A DNA stretch of 64,000 nucleotides from NCBI RefSeq assembly GCF_039654945.1, contig NW_027361751.1:4030001-4094000 (forward strand), read 5' to 3'. This document shows positions 26,878 to 39,354 of this stretch, piece by piece; positions within the stretch are counted from its first letter, which is position 1, and the number at the start of each line of letters is the position of its first letter. The notes below the pieces were generated by a model. That model saw only the letters and a list, made by a program, of their open reading frames with translations. It had not been told where the DNA came from and searched no databases. The translations under genes and the position numbers were made by a program. This stretch comes from Dendrobates tinctorius. Its lineage: Eukaryota.

Positions 26878-26916
26878 TGCCTGATGAAGAGACCTGAGTA
26901 GTCTCGAAAGCTTGCA
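26878..26916 (+). ncRNA. Minimal type-I hammerhead ribozyme-like motif
   Basis: TGC|CTGATGA|A|GAGAC-ctgagta-GTCTC|GAAA|G-CTT|GCA: stem I TGC/GCA, 5-bp stem II, palindromic AAGCTT at stem III; inverted copy at about 26785-26823. Confidence 0.6.
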
Positions 26917-27776
26917 ATGTGTACAATGTTTTCAGTTGTTAGCCAATAAAAGGTATCAACCACTGAGGACTCTAAATTCTAAATATTCTTCACATTATAT
27001 TATTAATATATTTTTTAATTACAAAGCATTAAAAGTAAAATAAAATTTTTCAGATTCCTTCATGCAGCGCTCTTCAACCTACTTCTCTCCAGCGGTTGCA
27101 GAATGACAACTCTCAGTATGCGGTGACAGCCCGTGGATGTCAGAGAATATTAGGGGTTGTAGTAACAACATGCTGGGAGTTCTAGTTAGGAAACTCTTGG
27201 ATGATTGCGGGTTGGAAGCAACTGACCTTAAGTACAGTATAATCTCTTACTGTTTGCGTGCGGTTTGATGAGTAGTGACTGGATACCTAGATACTGCTGC
27301 TTATTAAAAGATGACACAGCTGCCAGGCAACAAAGCCGGATCTCCTTGCCCTTGTGGAGATTCAGACATGTCACTCTTTTTGAGAAGTGGCAGAGGTGCG
27401 TATTCATAAGTAGCATCAATGCAAAGGAGGGACAAGGTATTGATGGCAGGGACCTAAGACATTAGATGAAAGTCTCCCTGCCAATTTCAGCAGGACTGGC
27501 CATCCACCTAATATTTATGGGGGCCTCCTGACTTTCCCCAAACAGATGATGTTGGGAAGTAAGGGATCAGGCAGTTGAAGCGTTAGTATCTGATCCTTTT
27601 GTTCTCAGGGAATATAAGCCACTGCCAGAGGTGTCTGGCAGCGGCTTTCTGCTCTCTCTCCCTGTTGAAAGCACGTAAGCAATCAGCTGATCACACATGG
27701 GTATGAGGACGTCTGGAGAGATAGCTTTTTGCCGAATTAAAATTTGACCAACAGGTATCTTATGTGTGTGGCCAGC

Positions 27777-28042
27777 CAGGGTTGCCAACTTGACTTTTTT
27801 ATTTTTTATTTTATATTTTTTATATTTTTATTTTTATTTTACGAACACATTGGAAAACCATAATTAATCATGATGAATGTAAGTGATACCTGTCTACAGT
27901 CCATAATTCTGATATGAGACATCAGCTCCATTCACTGTAAACTGTAAAATGATCATTACAGTCAAAACATCACGGATGCCTTAAAAAAAAGTGCCCAATT
28001 TTTATGGACTGTCCTGGAATTTCTGGAAGACTGGCAACCCTG
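27777..28042. mobile_element. hAT-type MITE
   Basis: TIR CAGGGTTGCCA/TGGCAACCCTG; 8-bp TSD TGGCCAGC/TGACCAGC. Confidence 0.82.
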
Positions 28043-28109
28043 TGACCAGCTTTAGTCTTAGCTAGAGAACTAAGCTTGGAGGCTTTTTTTTATATATAAT
28101 TTAAGTCTT

Positions 28110-28660
28110 TACTGACGGCACCAAGCTGTGTATTATACTAAAATCTGACCTTGACGTTACAATATTACAAAACAGTCTGGATAAGATGTCTGAATGGGCA
28201 AACACATGGCAGATGAGGTTTAATGTAGCTAAATGTAGAGTAATGCACCTAGGACGAGTAATCCTATAGCTGCATATACATTAAATGGGAGTATACTCAG
28301 GACTACAGAACAGGAGAAGGACTTTTGGTTACAAGTAAGTTGAGCAGCAGCACTCAATGTCAGGCAGCAGCTGCAAAAGCAAACAAGAGTTTAGGATGTA
28401 TAAAAAAGAGACATAAAATCCTGTGATCGTAACGTATTGTTGTTATACCTCTATAAATCACTGGTGAGGCCACATCTAGACTATAAGATCCAGACAGTGT
28501 TGGGCTCCACATTTTAAGAATATCCAGAACTCTATAGTTTAAAGGCGGCAACTAGATTATTACAAGGGATGGAAGGTCTCTCATATGATGAGAGGTTGGA
28601 AAAATTGGGTTTGTTTAGGTTAGAAAAATGAAGTCTCAGTGGAAATCTCATTTAAATGTG
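28110..28660 (+). mobile_element. CR1 LINE 3' remnant (RT C-terminus), continued at about 32559-32725
   Basis: Decayed EWANTWQMRFNVAKCRVMHLG, LYKSLVRPHL and GLSYDERLEKLGLF motifs; CR1-type tail GGTTGAACTTGATGGACC near 32681. Confidence 0.8.
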
Positions 28661-28811
28661 TACGTTGGCATGTTAAAGTTTGGGCACCCCCGGTCAAAAT
28701 AACTGTTATTGTTAACAGTTAAGCAAACTGAAGATGAAATGATCTCTGAAAGGGCTAAGGTTAAAGAAGACACATTTACTTTGTATGTTGTATGTTTATA
28801 TATATATATAT

Positions 28812-29051
28812 AAATCAAGAAAAAAAGGGCAGCACTACCAAAATAATACAGCAGGTGCAAAACCTATTCAGCAGTGTCCAAACAGCCAAAATGACAAAAG
28901 GAAAAAAAGAATAGGCAGCACTCAAATTAAATGTGAAAAAAGTGAGGGACAAGGTATTGACAAAGACGGGTCACCGTTGAAACGTTGCCATCTGAGGATC
29001 AGTAAAGTATCCACTTTTTTCACATTTAATTTGAGTGCTGCCTATTTTTTT

Positions 29052-29052
<1 letters not shown>
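28812..29052. mobile_element. Palindromic Penelope-like insert in (TA)n with a U3-A8 hammerhead-like core
   Basis: Arms AATAGGCAGCACTCAAATTAAATGTGAAAAAAGTG and its reverse complement; TTGACAA-A-GACGG(gtca)CCGTT-GAAA-CGTT at 28957-28986. Confidence 0.55.
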
Positions 29053-29093
<41 letters not shown>

Positions 29094-29487
29094 TGTATAT
29101 ATACAGTCAATCATCTTTTCCATTTTAAAAATTACAAATAGGAAAATGGGCCAATGCAAATGTTTGGCCACCCTGCATGATTAGTACCTAGTAGCTCCCC
29201 CTTTTTGTAAATAGCACAGTTTATAAAAGCTTTTTGTAACCAGTCAAGAGTCTTTCAATTTTTGTTTGAGGGATTTTCATCCATTCTTCCTTGGAAAATT
29301 CTTCCCGTTCTGTGAGATTCCTGGGGCGTCTTGCATCCTCTGCTATTTTGAGGTCTATCCACAGATTTTCAATGATGTTCTGATAGGTTGACTGTGAGGG
29401 CCATTGTAAAATATTCAGCTTGCGCCTTTTGAGGTAGTCTATTGTGAATTTTGACGTGTGTTCAGGATCATTATCCATTTGTAGAAG

Positions 29488-31613
29488 CAGTATCATAGCT
29501 ACCGGGGGGGCAGGGGGGGTGGTGGCCCTGGGCCCCCGCGCTCTGAGGGGGCCCACCAGAGCTACACTACACTACACCACTATTCTGCGGCAGAGCAAGG
29601 AGAATCGATCTCCCTACTCTGCTGCCCGGGCCGCTATGGGCCCCTGAGAGGGCGGTGGGGGGCCCCGATGCCAGCAGCAGACCCCCCACCCCTCAGCCAG
29701 CAATGTTGTCCTGGGCTTGGGCTATTCTGTGCGCACAGGACCTGTGATGAGGTCACAGGAGGGGAGGAGTCAGGGGTCACATGATCAGGGGCTTCAGTGG
29801 CTGCAGAACTCTGCTGTGCTGGTTGTCATGGTGCTGGCTGGATGAGGTGAAGTTTCTGTGTGGGGTCATGAGGGGTTTACAGGGTGGATGTAGCAGAGCT
29901 GTGTGTATGAGGTGTACAGGGCGAAGCCGTGTGTGTAGAAGGTGTACGGAGCAGAGATATGCATGTATGAGGTGCATAGAGGAGTGGAGCCGTGTATGGG
30001 GTGAGCGGAGCCGTTTGTGTACAAGGTGCACGGAGCAGAGCCGAGTGTGTACAAGGTGCACGGAGGAGAGCCGAGTGTGTACAAAGTGCATGGAGCAGAG
30101 CCGTGCGTACAAGGTGCACGGAGCGGAGCCGTGTGTGTATAGGGGGTATCAGGTGCAGTAATAAGGACACATGCAGCAGTGGCTAAGCATTGGGATACCA
30201 AGTGCAGTAATAGGGACACATACGGCAGCAGTGGCTCAGCATTCGGTATCAGGTGTAGTAATAGGAACACATAAGGCAGCAGAGGCTCAGTATTGGGGTA
30301 TTAGGTGCAGTAATAGGGACACATATGGCAGCAGCGGCACAGCATTGGGGTTTCAGGTGCAGTAATAGGGACACATAAGGCAGCAGAGGCTTAGTATTGG
30401 GGTATCAGGTGCAGTAATAGGGACACATACGGCAGCAGTGGCTCAGCATTGGGGTATCAGGTGCAGTAATAGGGACACATAAGGCAGCAGAGGCTCGGTA
30501 TTGGGGTATCAGGTGCAGTAATAGGGACACATACGGCAGCAGTGGCTCAGCATTGGGGTATCAGGTGTAGTAATAGGGACACATAAGGCGGCACAGGCTC
30601 AGTATTGGGATATCAGGTGTAGTAATAGGGGCAAATATGGCAGCAGCGGTTCAGCATTGGGGTATCAGGTGCAGTAATAGGGACACAAACGGCAGCATCA
30701 GTTCAGCAATGAGGTATCAGGTGCAGTAATAGGGACACATAAGGCAGCAGCGGCTCAGTAATGGGGTATCAGGTGCAGTAATAGGGACACATATGGCAGC
30801 AGCGGCTCAGTATTGGGGTATCAGGTGTAGTAATAGGGACACATAAGGCAGTGGCTCAGCATTGGGGTATCAGGTGCAGTAATAGGGACACATACGGCAG
30901 CATTAGTTCAGCATTGGGGTATCAGGTGCAGTAATAGGGACACATACGGCAGCAGCAGCTCAGCATTGGGGTATCAGGTGCAGTGATAGGGACACATATG
31001 GCAGCAGCTGCTCAGCATTGGGGTATCAGGTGCAGTAATAGGGACACATAAGGCAGCAGCGGTTCAGCATTGGGGTATCAGGTGCAGTGATAGGGACACA
31101 TAAGGCAGCAGAGGCTCAGTATTGGGGTGTCAGGTGCAGTAATAGAGACACATACGGCAGCAGCGGCTCAGCATTGGGGTATCAGCAGGATGAGGGGTTT
31201 GTGCAGGTTGGAGATACATGGTGATGGAGCTGGAATATGAGAAGTGAAACATGTCATTGTTGTATTCTCTGTAGCAGAGTCGTGGCTGGGGGAGTTGTTA
31301 TGTCGGTCTGGGCCAGATGGAAAAGACGTGAAAAGTGAACGATTCCATCAGAAAGAACGTCAGCGGTAAGACACCAACTATAACTGTGCTGTAATCACTT
31401 ACTGTATATGTTCTGTAGGACTGGTATTTACCACTGACCATATGGCGGTAATATCAATATTGGTCTTTATATAGGGATTATTTTCAGTAACAGCCAGTCA
31501 TCTCTTACATCCACTATTAGGGTGCGTCACCGAGTTGTAATCAAAGTTACCTAGTTAGGGGCCCACTCAGAGGTTTCGCCCCCCCCTGAACCAAAACCCT
31601 AGCTACGCCTCTG
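29488..31613. mobile_element. Non-autonomous hAT element carrying 30-bp and 52-bp minisatellites
   Basis: Exact 8-bp TSD TGTAGAAG (29480-87 and 31614-21); CAG....TAGCTA termini. Confidence 0.85.
30142..31185. repeat. 52-bp minisatellite, about 20 copies
   Basis: Unit GGGGTATCAGGTGCAGTAATAGGGACACATAAGGCAGCAGAGGCTCAGTATT. Confidence 0.93.
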
Positions 31614-31679
31614 TGTAGAAGTCATCCTCTTTTCAACTTCAGCTTTTTTACAGATGGTGTTATGTTTGCACCAAGAATT

Positions 31680-32558
31680 TGTAAGAACAGTAAGGTTCGT
31701 TCGCAGCCCGGGGTCCACCGTGCAGGGGTGGTAAACTGCTGCTTAGTAATGGCGGAAGTATAAAGCGGTATACAAGAGGTCACACGTGAGTTAACGTCAC
31801 CCAGTGTGAACATAAGCGAACTCTGTTACGACACAGAGCCGCACCACCACTGAACATAAATGCCGGAGCCTGTTAAAATCACAGCACTCGGCAAGAGAGC
31901 GCACAGTATGCGGTCACAGAACTCAGCCCCAAGGACACGAGGTCTGAATCCCTCTAGACCTACTGAGTGCGCGGCGTCGCACCTGTGGACGCCACTATAG
32001 ATGCTGACTATGGTGGAGTGTCGAGTACGTGCACCGTGGCGTGGACACTGATGTCAATCTCAGACTCTGCCACTACCTACACCTAAGCCTGGGTGCTTAA
32101 CCAGCTAGGCTGCACAACACATGCGTACCAAGGGTAGGGGTTTCAAATGAGTCAGTCACCAGAGACATTCATACTTGCATACAACACTCACTCCTCATAG
32201 TCTGGTAATGCAGTCTATACTAGCGCATGGCCGAGCGGCCATGCAAACCTTTTATAGCCGCGCCATTCCAGGACCTTCCTGACCTTTCTGATAGTCCAAT
32301 CCGAGCTGGAGAAGGACCTGAGCATGTGACCTCCGATCTCCAATGAGAGATCGTCCCACGGGCATGCTCAGTGGACCGAAAGGATGACTTAGTCCCTGGA
32401 GTAGCTCGCTGCTGACCAGCATGCGTTGCTATAGCTGGGCCAGAGGTGGCAGCAGCAACTAAACTTACAGAGCTGGTCTGAGCAGAGCGCCTGGATTGAC
32501 GAGTCTGCTGAGCAGCCTCCCCCACTGCTGTGTAGTGACAGGAACCCGATGCCTAACA
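31680..32558 (-). mobile_element. Probable solo LTR
   Basis: TGTAAG...CCTAACA termini; TATAAAAG on the minus strand near 32250; no ORF. Confidence 0.5.
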
Positions 32559-33084
32559 AAGAGTTAGTAATGGCAGAAAATATAACAGCTTTTAAGAAAG
32601 GGTCAAATGATTTGCTCAGTACATAACATTGTGGGTTATAGATAATTTAGTAACAAAAATTGTATAATTGGTGGAAAAAGGTTGAACTTGATGGACCTAG
32701 GTCTTTTTTCACCCTATCTAACTACTGTATATGTAAAACTGAATGTATGTATGTACAGTATGTGTGTATCACCAACCAATCACGAAGCATCTTTCATTTC
32801 ACCAGAGCTGTTCAAAAGAAGCTGAGCTGTGATTGGTTGCTATGAGCAACAGTTTTCCTTGCAACCAATCACTAAGCATCTCTCTTTTCACCAGACCTGT
32901 TTAAAAGTAGCTGAGCTGTGATTGGTTGCTATGAGCAAGTTTTCCCACTTGACAACACCTCAGCAGACACTGACATGGTGGGAGAAATCTACCATCCCCA
33001 GGAACATAAGCTCCCAGCCATTGTCTGCCCCCCAGAAAGGAGCACAGAGCAGATGACAGAAATGAATCCCCCCCTCCCGTGGAT

Positions 33085-33900
33085 CAATGGTATGCAAGTT
33101 AGGGCAAATCCACTCAGCGGTTTGGTACTGACCCCAGGCCTTTCTTAAAGGGATCTCCGGTATGGAAGGCAGGGCAAATCCATCCAGTGCTTTGGTCCTG
33201 ACCCCATGCCTCTCTTAAAGGGATCCTCGGTATGGAAGTCAGGGCAATTGCCTTCAAATGCTCTGGTACTGACCCCAGGCTCTCTTAAAGGGATCTCCTG
33301 TATGGAAGTTAGGGTAAATACCTAGGCGCTCTGATTCTGACCCTAGGGTTCTATTAAAGGGATCATTGATATACAAGTCAGGGCAAATCCATCCAGCGCT
33401 CTGGTTCTGATCCCAGGCTTTCTTAAAGGGATCTCTTGTATTGAAGTAAGGGCAAATCCAATCTGCACTTTGGTACTGACCCCAGTCCTCTCTTAAAGGG
33501 ATCCCCGGTATGGAAGTCAGGGCAATTGCTTTCAAATGCTCTGGTACTGACCCCAGACTCTCTTAAAGGGATCTCCGGTATGGAACTTAGGACCGTTCCA
33601 CTCAGCGCTGTGGTTCTGACCCCAGGGTTCTATTAAAGGGATCATTGGTATACAAGTCAGGGCAAATCCACTCAGTGCTCTGGTTCTGATCCCAGGCTTT
33701 CTGGGATCTCTTGTATGGAAGTTAGGGTAAATCCCTCAGCGCTCTGATTCTCACCCCAGGGTTCTATTAAAGGGATCATTGGTATGGAGGTCAGGGCAAA
33801 TCCACTCAGTGCTCTGGTTCTGATGCCAGGCCTCTCTTAAAGAGATCACGGGTATGGAAGTTAGGACCGTTCCACTCAGCACTCTGGTTCTGACCCCAGG
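33085..33900. repeat. ~68-bp minisatellite (GGTATGGAAGTCAGGGCAAATCC...TTAAAGGGATC)
   Basis: About 12 degenerate units visible. Confidence 0.85.
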
Positions 33901-34392
33901 CTGATGGAATGATGTGGGATATTAGGGGTAGTAGTCCAGTGGCTCTGGCTGATGGGATGATGTGGGATATTACGGGTAGTAGTCCGAGGGCTCTGACGGG
34001 ATGATGTGGGATATTAGTGGTAGCTGTCCGGTGGCTCTGGCTGACAGGATGATGTGGGATATTACGGGTAGTAGTCCGGCGGATGTGACGGGATGATGTG
34101 GGATATTAGTGGTAGCTGTCCGGTGGCTCTGGCTGATGGGATGATGTGCAATATTAGGGGTAGTAGTCCGGTGGCTCTGGCTGACGGGATGATGTGGGAT
34201 ATTAGGGGTAGTAGTCCAGTGGCTCTGGCTGACAGGATGATGTGGGATATTAGGGGTAGTAGTCCGGCGGATGTGACAGGATGATGTGGGATATTAGTGG
34301 TAGTTGTCCGGTGGCTCTGGCTGACGGGATGATGTGGGATATTAGGGGTAGTAATCCGGTAGCTTTGGCTGATGGGATGATGTGGGATATTA
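33901..34392. repeat. 48/42-bp minisatellite (GGGATGATGTGGGATATTAGGGGTAGTAGTCCGGTGGCTCTGGCTGAC)
   Basis: About 11 units visible. Confidence 0.9.
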
Positions 34393-34600
34393 TAGTGAAT
34401 GTGGCTATGCAGAGTGGGCGGGGCTATACACTCAGCTTTATATATATATACATATATGAACAACGACAAAGCAAATCCAGCAATAACGTGAGCAATCCAG
34501 GATGCTGTTAAAAAAAATTTTCTTTTTATTCATAAATCCATTAAAATGCAATGGTCCAAGCAGTTCAAAACAGCAATAACGCAGGAAAGTCGTGAAGATA

Positions 34601-34643
34601 GGACTACGCGTTTCAGCGGTAGAACCCGCCTTCTTCACGGTCC
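34601..34643 (-). ncRNA. Minimal hammerhead-like motif in a (TA)n-flanked insert (about 34455-34725)
   Basis: Minus strand GGAC|CGTGAAGA|A|GGCGG-gttcta-CCGCT|GAAA|CGC-GTA|GTCC: stem I GGAC/GTCC, palindromic ACGCGT, GUA triplet; core position 3 is non-canonical. Confidence 0.55.
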
Positions 34644-34926
34644 AGAATCCGGGCACAACGGAGTTAACCAGGTCAGCTGAGGTTCCAGGTGGTTCACAGG
34701 ATTGAGCTGGTCTACATTGTTGGATATATACACATATATATATATATATTCATTATAATTTGTTATAACTAACCGTAGTCAGTTACTATGCCCGGGCAGC
34801 GCCGGGCTCTTCAGCTAGTGTATATATATATTAGATATATGTAACTGTTTGTATTATCCCATTATTGTAACATTACTGTGTGCATGATTCCTATCCTATA
34901 ACTTCTTAGGTTATTCATCTCTTTAA

Positions 34927-35329
34927 AGGGAATCTGTCAGCAGGTTTTTACTATGTAATCTGAGGACAGCATGAGGTAAGGGTTAAAACAAAGATGTCAA
35001 CGATGTGTCACATGTCAGGCAGTGTGCTGTTTTTTACATACGATGAAGGTTTTATCACCTGGTGATTATCATTGCTTGAATTATAGCAGCTACAGCAGCG
35101 TGTGAGAGCTAGTCCAACTCTGCACCCTCCTCTGATAAGCAGCTGTCTATAGAATATATATAGAGAGCTTGGTGGGGAGGGGACAGCTTTCTCAGCTCTG
35201 CTGCATTCTACATCTAAGAACTCTGTGTCAGAACCGCTGCACCCAGTGATCTATGTGACATCCCCAGATTCAGGGCCTGTTTGCCTACATCATGCTGCCT
35301 TTTGATGAAGACCTAGTTACAGATTCCCT
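34927..35329. mobile_element. T2/Kolobok-type MITE
   Basis: TTAA|AGGGAATCTGT...ACAGATTCCCT|TTAA. Confidence 0.8.
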
Positions 35330-36279
35330 TTAAGGTGTAGCATCCTTACACCATGGCACCACTGTGTGCACCGTCCGTGTGCATTAGTGAGAGTAAATGA
35401 ATCATATTCGGGACAGTTTCCGGGAGTAGTAGCCTGTGATTAGTTTAGGCAATTGTGTGGACTGTACATAAATCATACACAGGCCCAAAAACGTTCTGCT
35501 CCCATTGATAAACATAAGCCATTACGGTTATTATATAAGAGCTTATTCCCTTATTAAACACATAGCCGATGCTAAGCCTCCAATTATTGTCTGCAAACAA
35601 ATCGTGCCAATGTTTAATAACAAGAGGATTTGGAGTACGGAGAGGGCGTCTTTGTGTGCGTCTGAAATAAAAGAGCAGGCTGCACTAGGAATGCCCAGAG
35701 GTCACAATGGAGTCACTGGAACAAGTCAATGTTTCCACTCTGTTAGAGGCGTTGTGACTGCTGCCTGACACACCGCGAGTAACACACTAACTTGTCTGGC
35801 TGAATAAGACAAAGACCCAGAATACTGTGCCAACTACACAATAATGACTGGCACTCTACACGCTACACGATGATGAGCGACACACAACCGGTACCTTCCC
35901 TCATGTACTGCTAGTAAACACACAACCATGGTCCAGAGACATGTAACGATGGCCGTTACGCTACAAGATACAGGATAATCAGTGACGCATTACTAGTAAC
36001 TCTCAAGTATAACTAGTAGTCGGACAAGAATGTGCCAGCTATTTACTAATGACTGACACATTATAAACGACATGATAATTAGTCACACCATTCATCAGAT
36101 GTGTCCGTTCAGTTGTTTTATGCCTGAGCTGGTCACAACTGAAGCCAAAGTTGCACCATAGAAAACTATGGATTCAATTCTGGCATCAATTTTCCATTGG
36201 TGTTTCTGTACCATAATGGAAGATAAAACAATGGTCAGCATTATATTTGGAAAAAAGCCCTGATACAGTTATCCAGAGC

Positions 36280-36700
36280 TACACTATAAGGACAGAAGTA
36301 TTGAGACACCTACACATTCCACCTACAGGAGCTTTCATGACATGCCATATTGATTCCATAAGAATAAACATAGAGTTTGTTCCTATTTTGCAGCTATAGT
36401 ATCTTTCATCCTCCTGGGAAGAGATGAGATTTTGCAGTGTGTCAATGGAAATTTTTGCTCATTCACCCAGAAGAGCATTTGTGAGGTCAAACACTGATGT
36501 TGAACGAGAGGGCCAGGCTCGTCTTCTTCGTTCTAGTTCATCCCAACAATGTTCAATAGGGTGAGATCAGGGCCAGTCAAGTTCTTACACATCAAACTCT
36601 CGCAACCATTCCTTTATGGACCTTACTGTGTGAACTGGGGCACAGTCATGCCGGAACAGAAGAGGGCCTCACTGAAGTGTTCCCACAAAGTTGGAAGCTA
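36280..36700 (-). mobile_element. Tc1-like remnant
   Basis: TACACTATAAGGACAGAAGTATTGAGACACC terminal motif followed by decayed Tc1-like 3' sequence. Confidence 0.5.
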
Positions 36701-36824
36701 CATTTGGGGGATATATATGTCAGGATGGAACCCAGGATAATGTATACAAATACCAGGATGGGGAACATATATATTAGAATGGGCACAGGTTGGGGAACAT
36801 ATATATTAGGATGGGGAACAAGTA

Positions 36825-37462
36825 CAGTGGGTAGAGAAGGTATTCAGACCCCTTTAAATTTTTCACTCTTTGTTTCATTGCAGCCCTTTGGTAAATTCAA
36901 AAAAGTTATTTTTTTTTCTCATCAACGTACACTTTGCACCCCATTTTGACTGAAAAAAACAGAAATGTAGAAATTTTTTCAACTTTATTAAAAAAAAAAC
37001 CTGAAATATCACATGGTCATAAATTTTCAGACCCTTTGCTCGGTATTGAGTAGAAACACCCTTTTGAGTTAGGCTGGGGTCACACTGCGTTATGGCAGTC
37101 CGTTAAAGCCGCCATAGACCCCCATTATGTGGCGCATCGCGACGCATGCCGTAAAGCGGCACGTGTTCGCAACGTGCCGTCATTCACTGACGGAGCCTTG
37201 GATGCCGGCTGCAGCGTCTGAGGCTCCGTCACCGCTAGCGCTGATGAATCATCAGTGCTAGCGGTATAGCATAACGCTTATCGCGCTTTCTTTTTTAATA
37301 AATTACATTAATAAATAAATTTCTGTTTTTTTCAGTCAAGATGGCGGTGCAAGGTGTACATTAATGAGAAAAAAAATTGACCTTTTTTGAATTTACCAAA
37401 TGGCTGCAATGAAACAAAGAGTGAAAAATTTAAAGGGGTCTGAATACTTTCCGTATCCACTG
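36825..37462. mobile_element. Tc1-like non-autonomous element with a nested Harbinger-type fragment (from about 37072)
   Basis: TIR CAGTGGGTAGAGAAGGTATTCAGACCCC / GGGGTCTGAATACTTTCCGTATCCACTG, TA flanks. Confidence 0.75.
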
Positions 37463-37649
37463 TATACCAGTATTGAAGTCATATATACCAGAATGGGAAA
37501 CATACATACCAGGATGGAAGACATATACCATGATGGGGCCAGGATGAGCCAAATGTTTAACAGCATGGTCCAGGATGGGAGACATATATACCAGGAAGGA
37601 CCCTAAGATGGGGGACATTACTACATAGTTGGCGGTATGCCGCTCATAT

Positions 37650-38420
37650 GTCCTTATCTCCCATTCCCCATACTGTGTCCATACCCATCCTCCTAACTCC
37701 TCCTCGCTCCCAATACTGTGTTCGCACATATCCCCCTCTCAAATCGTTTCCTTGTACATCTCTCCTCACTCCCCATACTGTGTGCTCAAATTTATCCCCC
37801 TCTCCCCGCTCCCCATATTGCTTCTGCACCCATCGCCCACTCACTCCCCAAACTGTGTCTGCACCCATCCTCTCTTCACTTCCCATACTGTGTCCACACC
37901 CATGCCCCTCTCTCCCCATTTTGTATCAACATCCATCTCGCTTCACTCCTCATACTGTATCCACACTCATTCCACCTCACTGCCCATACTGTGTTTGCAC
38001 CTATCCACCCTCACTTCTCATACTGTGTCCACACCAATCCCCCCCTCGCTCCTCATACTGTGTCCACACCCATCCTGCTTTGCTCTTCATAGTGTGTCCG
38101 CACCCATCTTCTCTGGCTCGCTCACAATACTGTGTCTGCAGCCATTCCCCCCACCTTCACTCCCAATATTGCATCAGCACCTGTTCCCCTTTGCTCTCCA
38201 TAATGTGTCGGCATCCATCCCCCTCCCTCCCCATACTGTGTCTGCACCCATACCCCCTTACTCCCCATACTGTGTCTGCACCCATTCCTCTCTCCCTTGC
38301 TCCCATTGCTATGTCTGCACCCATCCCCCTCCCTCACTCTCCATACTGGCTATAAACCCATCCCTCCCTCACTCCTCATGTTGTGTCTGCACCATCCCTT
38401 CACTCACTCCCCACAATTTC
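37650..38420. repeat. Degenerate C-rich minisatellite (CCCCATACTGTGTCTGCACCCATCCC), probably inside an hAT-like element ending near 38805
   Basis: Periodic CATACTGTGT motif; ...GCCCCTG terminus at 38805. Confidence 0.7.
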
Positions 38421-38888
38421 TCCTCAAATCCCTCTCTTCCCTATTTCAAGAAATCTTCGGTGTCTTCAGCCCCACTGAAGCACTTACCACCAATGTTGCA
38501 TGCGCCTTCGTGGGCCTGGGAGTGACATTGGCAACTGATCTGATCACACCGCTGACGTCACCTTGACCCGGAAGTGCCGGCCATCAGGGTTTCAATTGTA
38601 CTTGCATCTGAAAGATACGAGTACAATTGATTGCAGGGAGTCGGCTGTCAATTTGACAGATGGCTTACAGAACTGTGGACTCTCACTACAGGGGGCAGAA
38701 AAAGGCAGCCGCCGGGGAGACATCTCGGACAACTGCATCAGGTGGCCCGACAGCACCCCCTGCTAACTGCACCTGGGGCAAATGCCCTCCCCAGATATGC
38801 CCCTGAGGTTATAGATGCTTGTAATGGGAGACTGCATAGCCACGAGTTGCATTTTACACACGTGTAGCAATGGGACTTAAATTATTAA

Positions 38889-39354
38889 AGTTGAACTGTC
38901 ATTTGCTCAAAAAAAATAGAGCTAAATATGTGGCAAAAATGCCTGGGCTCCCTTGATTCTGCTACTGTTTTCTGTTTCGCACTGTGTCACTGAATTGCAG
39001 AGATATTCACATTTGTAAATTATGTAAAATATCTGCTTGCTTTCATCCATCCCAGATGCTGACAATCACACTTTAGCGTCTGGGAGTCTAGCAGTCTTAG
39101 ACGATGTTGAGCTATGATTGGTGGTCTCTGGAAGGTAGATGTGAAAGTGCGCGCCCCAAGAGAAGGTTGTGAAGAAACCCTCAGTTGGACTGCAAGCAGA
39201 GATTTCACATAGTACGCTCCAAAAGAAACAAATGTGAATATCTCTGCAATGGAGCAACCAAGTACAAAACAGAAAAGAGATGCAGAATCAGGGGAGTTAA
39301 GAAATTTTTCCACGAAATGTAACTCAATTTTTGGGGGCAAAAAACAGGTCCTCT
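38889..39354. mobile_element. T2/Kolobok-type palindromic MITE
   Basis: TTAA flanks; inverted TTGCAGAGATATTCACATTTGT / ACAAATGTGAATATCTCTGCAA. Confidence 0.65.

Larger units (their letters stand above)
21495..26990. mobile_element. Palindromic Penelope-like insert (21495-21539 plus 26755-26990), split by the piggyBac-type element
   Basis: The reconstructed empty site GGTTGATACCTTTTAATGGCTAAC matches the reverse complement of the right arm; two inverted hammerhead-like cores. Confidence 0.7.
28661..31680 (-). mobile_element. Tc1 transposon remnant with nested inserts
   Basis: AAAGTTTGGGCACCCC terminal motif; ORF-track peptide QMDNDPEHTS...QWPSQS...NIIENLW (DD34E region) at 29221-29487; resumes after 31621. 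Confidence 0.8.
32716..34818 (+). mobile_element. Non-autonomous Helitron-like element with minisatellites
   Basis: 5' TC...AAAACTGAATGTATGTATG; 3' hairpin CCCGG-GCAGCG-CCGGG (34791-34806), then CTAG|T (34815-18). Confidence 0.72.

Noticed and set aside
30142-31185. Regular repeats resembling a CRISPR array (also the 33-bp and 44-bp arrays)
   Set aside because: Head-to-tail units without unique spacers, eukaryotic context, no cas genes
37629-38525. 298-aa and 235-aa Pro/His/Ser-rich ORFs
   Set aside because: Low-complexity C-rich minisatellite inside a TE
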